Source: Bryobacterales bacterium
GTDB taxonomy: Bacteria > Acidobacteriota > Terriglobia > Bryobacterales > UBA6623
Reading direction: 5' to 3'
DNA: 64,000 nucleotides
NCBI GenBank assembly: GCA_965200705.1
Contig: OZ241376.1
Span: 2,367,557 to 2,431,556, forward strand
Part shown: positions 59,036-64,000 of the stretch, in pieces
How positions within the stretch are numbered: position 1 is the first letter of the stretch
Layout: the number at the start of each line of letters is the position of its first letter
Notes under the pieces: model-generated
What the model saw: only the letters and a program-made list of their open reading frames with translations
Told to the model about the DNA's origin: nothing
Databases searched by the model: none
Translations under genes and position numbers: made by a program

Positions 59036-60601
59036 GTGGACGAGCGCCGCACCGCGTCCGACATCGTCATTGAGCGGGTCTATGGTGCCGCCGACAGCAG
59101 AGATCCCATAGGCGAGCCAGGCCAGCCACCCTACACGCGGGGCATCCACCCACGCATGTATCTCCAGCGGCGCTGGACGATGCGCCAGTTCGCGGGCTTC
59201 GGGTCTCCCGAGGTGACCAACCAACGGTTCCGCTTCCTTCTGGAGCAAGGGCAGACGGGGCTCTCCGTAGCGTTTGACCTGCCCACGTTGATGGGCTGGG
59301 ACAGCGACGACGCCATGGCTGAGGGAGAGGTCGGCAAGTGCGGTGTCGCCATCTCGTCGCTGGCCGACATGGAGACGCTCTTTGACGGAATTCCCCTGGA
59401 GAGCGTGACGACGTCCATGACGATCACCTCCTCGGCGGCGATCTTGTGGGCCATGTACCTAGTCGTCGCCGAGAGGCAGGGAGCGGACTGGAAGGCGCTC
59501 TCGGGCACGATCCAGAACGACATCCTCAAGGAGTACATGGCCCAGAAGGAGTACATCTATCCGCCCCGCGAGTCCATGCGGATGGTGGCGGACTCGATCG
59601 CGTTCGCATCCGCCGAGACACCCCGCTTCAATCCAATCTCGATCAGCGGCTACCACATCCGCGAGGCGGGCGCGACGGCGGTGCAGGAGCTGGCCTACAC
59701 CCTTGGCGCCGCCATCTCCTATGTCGAGTGGACCTTGAAGCGTGGGCTGCAGGTGGATGAGTTCGCGCCGCGGCTGAGTTTCTTCTTCGACGCGCACAAC
59801 GAGTTCTTCGAGGAGGTTGCCAAGTTCCGCGCGGCGCGGCGCATCTGGCACCGCATCATGCGCGAGCGCTTCGGGGCGGAGAACCCGCGCTCCTGGAAGC
59901 TGCGCTTCCACGCCCAGACGGCTGGCGTGACGCTGACCGCCCAGCAGCCGCACGTCAATCTCGTGCGCACCGCCCTGCAGGCGATGGCTGCGGTCCTCGG
60001 CGGAACCCAGTCGCTGCATACCAACGCGATGGACGAGGCTTACGCCCTGCCTACGGAGGATGCGGCTCTGCTGGCCCTGCGCACCCAGCAGGTGATCGCC
60101 GAAGAGACGGGCGTGACGGAGACTGTCGACCCGTTCGGGGGCAGCTACTACGTGGAGAGCCTCACGGACCGACTTGAGTCTCTCTGCTGGAAGGAGATCG
60201 ATGCGATCGATGCGATGGGCGGCATGGTGACGGCCGTCGAGCGTGGCTATCCGCAGGCGCAGATCGCCAAGTCGAGCTTCGAGCACCAGCGCCAGGTCGA
60301 GCGTGGCGACCGGCGCATCGTCGGCGTCAATGCCCACGTCGAACCGACAATCGAGCCCATCGAGACGCTGGCGATCGACGAGACCGTTCGCACGCAGCAG
60401 GTCAACGCAATTCGCGACCTGCGCGCCAGGCGCGACTCGGCCGCGGTGGATGCGGCACTTCGGGACGTGCGAAGAGTCGCCGCTGGCTCTGGGAACATCA
60501 TGCCGCCGATTCTCGACGCAGTGCGAGCCTACGCAACGCTCGGCGAGATCTGCGACGCCCTCCGGGCCACCTTCGGCGTCTACGCCGAGGATGCTGCGTA
60601 G
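59036..60601 (+). CDS. Methylmalonyl-CoA mutase family, catalytic (TIM-barrel) subunit without B12-binding domain
   Basis: [46 protein letters not shown] motifs. 521 aa. Confidence 0.93.
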   Translation: MDERRTASDIVIERVYGAADSRDPIGEPGQPPYTRGIHPRMYLQRRWTMRQFAGFGSPEVTNQRFRFLLEQGQTGLSVAFDLPTLMGWDSDDAMAEGEVGKCGVAISSLADMETLFDGIPLESVTTSMTITSSAAILWAMYLVVAERQGADWKALSGTIQNDILKEYMAQKEYIYPPRESMRMVADSIAFASAETPRFNPISISGYHIREAGATAVQELAYTLGAAISYVEWTLKRGLQVDEFAPRLSFFFDAHNEFFEEVAKFRAARRIWHRIMRERFGAENPRSWKLRFHAQTAGVTLTAQQPHVNLVRTALQAMAAVLGGTQSLHTNAMDEAYALPTEDAALLALRTQQVIAEETGVTETVDPFGGSYYVESLTDRLESLCWKEIDAIDAMGGMVTAVERGYPQAQIAKSSFEHQRQVERGDRRIVGVNAHVEPTIEPIETLAIDETVRTQQVNAIRDLRARRDSAAVDAALRDVRRVAAGSGNIMPPILDAVRAYATLGEICDALRATFGVYAEDAA

Positions 60602-60611
60602 GCGGCAGGCT

Positions 60612-61703
60612 TCATTCCGCCGTTGGCCGCAGCCGGCCGTCCCGGTCCAGTTCGAACGTCCGACCCCGCCACACGATCCGCGTTCCGGCTAGGCCGCCGA
60701 ACCAGAGCGCCAAGCTCAGCGCGTCCTGCAGTGGCAGCATCCAAAGGTGGCGGGGCAGTGTTCTGTCGCGCAGCACGCCCATGCCGACTGCGAGAGCGAC
60801 GGCGAACCGGAGGACGACGCATACCGCCGCCAGCGTGTATGCCCACGTCGAGCCGCCAGCCGCCAGGGGCAGCACTAGGGCCCACGGCAGCGGGATCGCG
60901 AAGATCTCGCCGAAGTACCCGACGGGTCGGGACCGCCGCGTCGACCGGCGCCACCGGAGTCGGTGCTCGAGATTCTCGCGGAGCCCCTGGCTACCGATCC
61001 GGTGATCCACCACGTGCGTGGCGAGTTCGACGGTGTGTCCGGCCCTTCGCACCAGCCTGCCCAGCTGGAAGTCCTCCGCCAGATGGTGTTCGACGGCCTT
61101 CCAGCCCCCCACTTCCTCCAGGCGGGCGCGTCGCACCGCCATGGTCGGGCCGACCGCGAAGTCCATCGGCGCAAGTAGCCGTGCCGCGAGAACCCCACCC
61201 CAGAACTCGGTGTTCATGCCCAGCGCCTCCAGCCTAGACCAGAAGCTGCCGCCCGCCACGGCCCGGTACGGGCACGTCACGGCTCCGACGTTCGGGTCGA
61301 TGAACGCGCGTGCCAGCGAGCGGAGCGTGTAGCGGTCAGCGCGAATGTCAGAGTCGCAGATCGCAAGGATGTCCCCGGTGGCAAGGCGGGTCATCTCCGC
61401 CAGCGAATGTACCTTGGCGTTCGGGCACGGGGGTTTGCCCGCAACGATGACCTGTGTGCGGACGGACGGGTGCCGCGCAGCAAGGGATCGGGCAGTCGTC
61501 AGCGCGGGATCGTTAGCTGAAGACGCCGCAAAGACGAGTTCGTATGGCGCGTCCCTCTGATCGAAGAAGCTCTCTAGGTTGCTCTCCAGATCGGGTTCGG
61601 GACCGGCCAGGGGCTTAAGGACGCTGAGAGTCGGAGTGTTCCCGTCCTTGTGGAATCGCTCCTCGCGCTTCCTTCGTCGGACGTGGTCGCACGCCGCGAC
61701 CAC
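60612..61703 (-). CDS. Glycosyltransferase family 21 (ceramide glucosyltransferase / HpnI-like)
   Basis: LSVLKPLAGPEPDLESNLESFF, NAKVHSL, ICDSDI, RWRRSTR. An in-frame hydrophobic stretch (IEILTALLVAGGCGYFVLVVV) lies upstream of the listed GTG without a canonical start, so the N-terminus is uncertain. Confidence 0.8.
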   Translation of the reverse strand: MVAACDHVRRRKREERFHKDGNTPTLSVLKPLAGPEPDLESNLESFFDQRDAPYELVFAASSANDPALTTARSLAARHPSVRTQVIVAGKPPCPNAKVHSLAEMTRLATGDILAICDSDIRADRYTLRSLARAFIDPNVGAVTCPYRAVAGGSFWSRLEALGMNTEFWGGVLAARLLAPMDFAVGPTMAVRRARLEEVGGWKAVEHHLAEDFQLGRLVRRAGHTVELATHVVDHRIGSQGLRENLEHRLRWRRSTRRSRPVGYFGEIFAIPLPWALVLPLAAGGSTWAYTLAAVCVVLRFAVALAVGMGVLRDRTLPRHLWMLPLQDALSLALWFGGLAGTRIVWRGRTFELDRDGRLRPTAE

Positions 61704-61780
61704 GACTAGAACGAAGTAGCCGCAGCCTCCGGCGACGAGAAGCGCGGTGAGGATCTCGATCGCAACCTGGGCCGACTCGG

Positions 61781-62530
61781 CTATTGGACCCTCTCGTCCT
61801 TCTCGACCTTGCCGTCGCGCAGGTGCACGACGCGCTTCGCGTACATGGCGATGTCCGGCTCGTGAGTCACGAGGATGATCGTGTTGCCTTGCTTGTGGAG
61901 GACATCGATCACGCCCATGATCTCGTTCGAGGTGGCGGTGTCCAGGTTGCCGGTTGGCTCGTCCGCGAGGATGATCGACGGACCGCCCACCAGCGCACGG
62001 GCGATGGCGACTCTCTGGCGCTGTCCGCCCGAAAGCTCGCTCGGCGTATGGTGCATGCGCTCCGTCAGGTCGACTTGCGCCATGGCGTGACGGGCGCGCT
62101 CGATGCGCTGCGCGGGCTGCGTCCCGGCGTAGACCAAGGGCAGCTCGACGTTCTGCAGCGCGGTAAGGCGTGGCAGGAGGTTGAACGTCTGGAACACGAA
62201 GCCGATCTCACGGTTGCGAATGTAGGCGAGCTCGTCGTCCGACATCGTGCTGATAAGCTGGCCGGCGATGTAGTACTCCCCCGCCGTGGGGGTGTCCAGT
62301 GCGCCGATCAGGTTCATGAAAGTCGACTTGCCGGATCCGGACGGCCCCATCAGCGCCACATACTCGCCGTAGCGAATCTCCATGTCGACGCCATTGACGG
62401 CGTGGATCTCCTGGTCACCCATCACGTAGGTCTTCCGTAGTCCGTACGTGCGGATGACGATGTCGTTTTCAAGCAGCCTCTTTCCGATGACTGCGGGATC
62501 TTCCGTCCCGGCTGCCGTTGGGGATGCCAT
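61781..62530 (-). CDS. MacB/LolD-type ABC transporter ATP-binding protein
   Basis: [35 protein letters not shown]. Confidence 0.93.
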   Translation of the reverse strand: MASPTAAGTEDPAVIGKRLLENDIVIRTYGLRKTYVMGDQEIHAVNGVDMEIRYGEYVALMGPSGSGKSTFMNLIGALDTPTAGEYYIAGQLISTMSDDELAYIRNREIGFVFQTFNLLPRLTALQNVELPLVYAGTQPAQRIERARHAMAQVDLTERMHHTPSELSGGQRQRVAIARALVGGPSIILADEPTGNLDTATSNEIMGVIDVLHKQGNTIILVTHEPDIAMYAKRVVHLRDGKVEKDERVQ

Positions 62531-62570
62531 AGTGCCTAGATCTTTGTAGGCGCAATCCCCTAGAGCCTAG

Positions 62571-63506
62571 TTACCCGCGCACTTCGAGGGTAGCCTCGCA
62601 GCTGTCTCCGGGACGCAGTTCCGGTCGTGGAGCGACCATTCGCACCACTTCCGCCCCCGCCTCGAACAAAAAGGGGCCCGGCTGACCGCAGGCGGACAGG
62701 ACAGCGGTCACATGCGCAGTTCCCCCTGCCTTGATCTCGAGACGGGGCGCGGCGTCGCGCGCGATCGTCGCCAGCGGTCTGCGCCGGCCTGAGACGTCGT
62801 CCTCGTCGACATGGATCGCGACGACGGTCCCGTCCCAGGGGCTGCGCACCTCGAATGTCTCCGGAAGGACCTCTAGGCGCCCAAGCAGCCGCTCCGCGCG
62901 TTCCAGCCCCCTGGCCGCCGGACCTTGGGCCGCAGTTGCGCTGGCCGGAGACTCCACCGAGGCCGCATTCTGGGCTTCCGCCAGCCGCGCCTTGAGGGCC
63001 TCGAACTCTCGGACGTTGCGCTCGTACTCGAGGCGAGCGATCAGCCCCGCATCGTGAAGCGACTGGATGCGGCGGTTCTCCTCGCCAGCCGTCCGCACGG
63101 ACTCCTCAAGAGAGCGCAGCGTCTCGATCCGCAGCAGCTCGCTTGCCGACTGTGTCCGTTCTGTCCTGCTGGCCTGCTCCGCTGCCACCCTCGAGCGCAA
63201 GTCCTTGATCCGGGACTCGAGAGTGGAGAACGACTCCTGCAGAGAGACATCCCGGAACGAGAGCAGGGCCTGGCCCGCTCGCACAGAATCGCCGGGAGCC
63301 ACAAAAGCCGCAATCAACGTCCCACGCCGACTCGTTTCGACGGGCTCCTCCAGCGTGGCCACGACCGATGCGGTCAGCACCACAATGCGGACTGGGCCGA
63401 TCGACGGAGGCGGTACGGTGATCCAGCCTGCGAAGCCCCAGGCACCCGCGCCAGCCGCCACCACGGCCGCCGCACAAACCGCCCTGCCTCGCCAGTGACG
63501 AACCAT
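62571..63506 (-). CDS. HlyD-family (biotinyl-lipoyl + coiled-coil) periplasmic adaptor-like protein
   Basis: N-terminal TM, GDSVRAGQALLSF, coiled-coil middle. Lies upstream of the ABC ATPase. Confidence 0.7.
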   Translation of the reverse strand: MVRHWRGRAVCAAAVVAAGAGAWGFAGWITVPPPSIGPVRIVVLTASVVATLEEPVETSRRGTLIAAFVAPGDSVRAGQALLSFRDVSLQESFSTLESRIKDLRSRVAAEQASRTERTQSASELLRIETLRSLEESVRTAGEENRRIQSLHDAGLIARLEYERNVREFEALKARLAEAQNAASVESPASATAAQGPAARGLERAERLLGRLEVLPETFEVRSPWDGTVVAIHVDEDDVSGRRRPLATIARDAAPRLEIKAGGTAHVTAVLSACGQPGPFLFEAGAEVVRMVAPRPELRPGDSCEATLEVRG

Positions 63507-63536
63507 GGCGCTGGCTCCGAGGCCCTGTCGAGCTCC

Positions 63537-64000
63537 TCAGTCCAGCCCGAGGCTCTCCAGAATCGGACCGATCCGGCGCTTCGTGCGATCGTCCATCTCC
63601 AGCACTTCAGGCCAGGGTCGGACAAATCCTTCGCTCGCCAGCTTGCGGGTCGCGTCGATGCCCATCTTCGAGCCGTAGTCGGGAAGGCGGCTGGCGTGGT
63701 CCAGGGAGTCGATCGGCCCCATCATGAACTGGACATCCCGCTCGGGGTCGATGTTGTTCAGCGCCCTCCAGGCTGTCCGCGAATAGTCCTGCACGTCGAC
63801 ATCGTGGTCCACAACGACGATGCACTTGGTGAACGAGGCCTGTCCCATGCCCCAGATCGCATTCATGACCTTCCGCGCCTGCCCTGCGTAGGACTTGCGG
63901 ATGGACACCAGCATCAGGTTGTGGAAGATTCCCTCCGCCGGCATCGACACGTCCACGATCTCCGGTGCTTGGAGCCGCATCAGCGGTAGGAACATGCGCT
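63537..64000 (-). CDS. ubiD: UbiD-family decarboxylase, C-terminal part (5' end outside the window)
   Basis: FHNLMLVSIRKSYAGQARKVMNAIWG, KCIVVVDHDVDVQD, MGIDATRK. The frame is open to the window edge. Confidence 0.88.
   Translation of the reverse strand, partial: RMFLPLMRLQAPEIVDVSMPAEGIFHNLMLVSIRKSYAGQARKVMNAIWGMGQASFTKCIVVVDHDVDVQDYSRTAWRALNNIDPERDVQFMMGPIDSLDHASRLPDYGSKMGIDATRKLASEGFVRPWPEVLEMDDRTKRRIGPILESLGLD

Noticed and set aside
1-64000. CRISPR arrays, rRNA genes, integrase or attachment sites at tRNA-Glu
   Set aside because: No regularly spaced direct repeats, no rRNA-like sequence, and no recombinase next to the tRNA (42685-42764). The tRNA flanks are ordinary genes.

Overview
High-GC bacterial chromosomal segment, probably Acidobacteriota. 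That assignment is an inference from an Asp-box/BNR protein with a Solibacter-type (TIGR03437-like) C-terminal domain and two Oar-like CarboxypepD_reg TonB-dependent receptors. The backbone is ordinary housekeeping: parB (partial), ruvC, yebC, hemB, dacB, pyrB-pyrC, alr, an aldehyde dehydrogenase, a long thyX-like gene, queA, lpd-lipB-E2, ackA, two SSS transporters, tRNA-Glu(UUC), an M28-PDZ peptidase, a wzm/wzt-type polysaccharide ABC exporter with a GT2-GT4 fusion, cutA, a methylmalonyl-CoA mutase catalytic subunit, an HpnI-like GT, MacA/MacB-like parts and ubiD (partial). Two kinds of accessory DNA sit on this backbone. (1) A roughly 12 kb restriction-modification graveyard lies between queA and a response regulator (18.9-31.0 kb). 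It holds a truncated N4/N6 methylase remnant and a giant (about 1650 aa) Eco57I/type IIG-like N6-adenine methyltransferase broken by one frameshift. That methyltransferase sits in an 8.2 kb module bounded by inverted, AT-tipped IS1595-like ends, together with two orphan genes. The island also holds a Dcm / EcoRII-C endonuclease / Vsr triplet in which all three genes are inactivated. (2) Three copies of one very GC-rich IS4/IS1634-like element are present, each with a different internal deletion and a poly-G tract of different length. One copy sits between the aldehyde dehydrogenase and the thyX-like gene and supplies an in-frame ATG. The other two bracket a TonB-dependent receptor and together split the wzm-wzt operon. 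I found no CRISPR array, no rRNA and no intact recognisable defence system. The least-explained coding content is the giant methyltransferase plus the divergently transcribed orphan genes at 25.3-27.0 kb. All calls come from reading the translations and the DNA by eye, so family names are recollections of conserved motifs, not search results.
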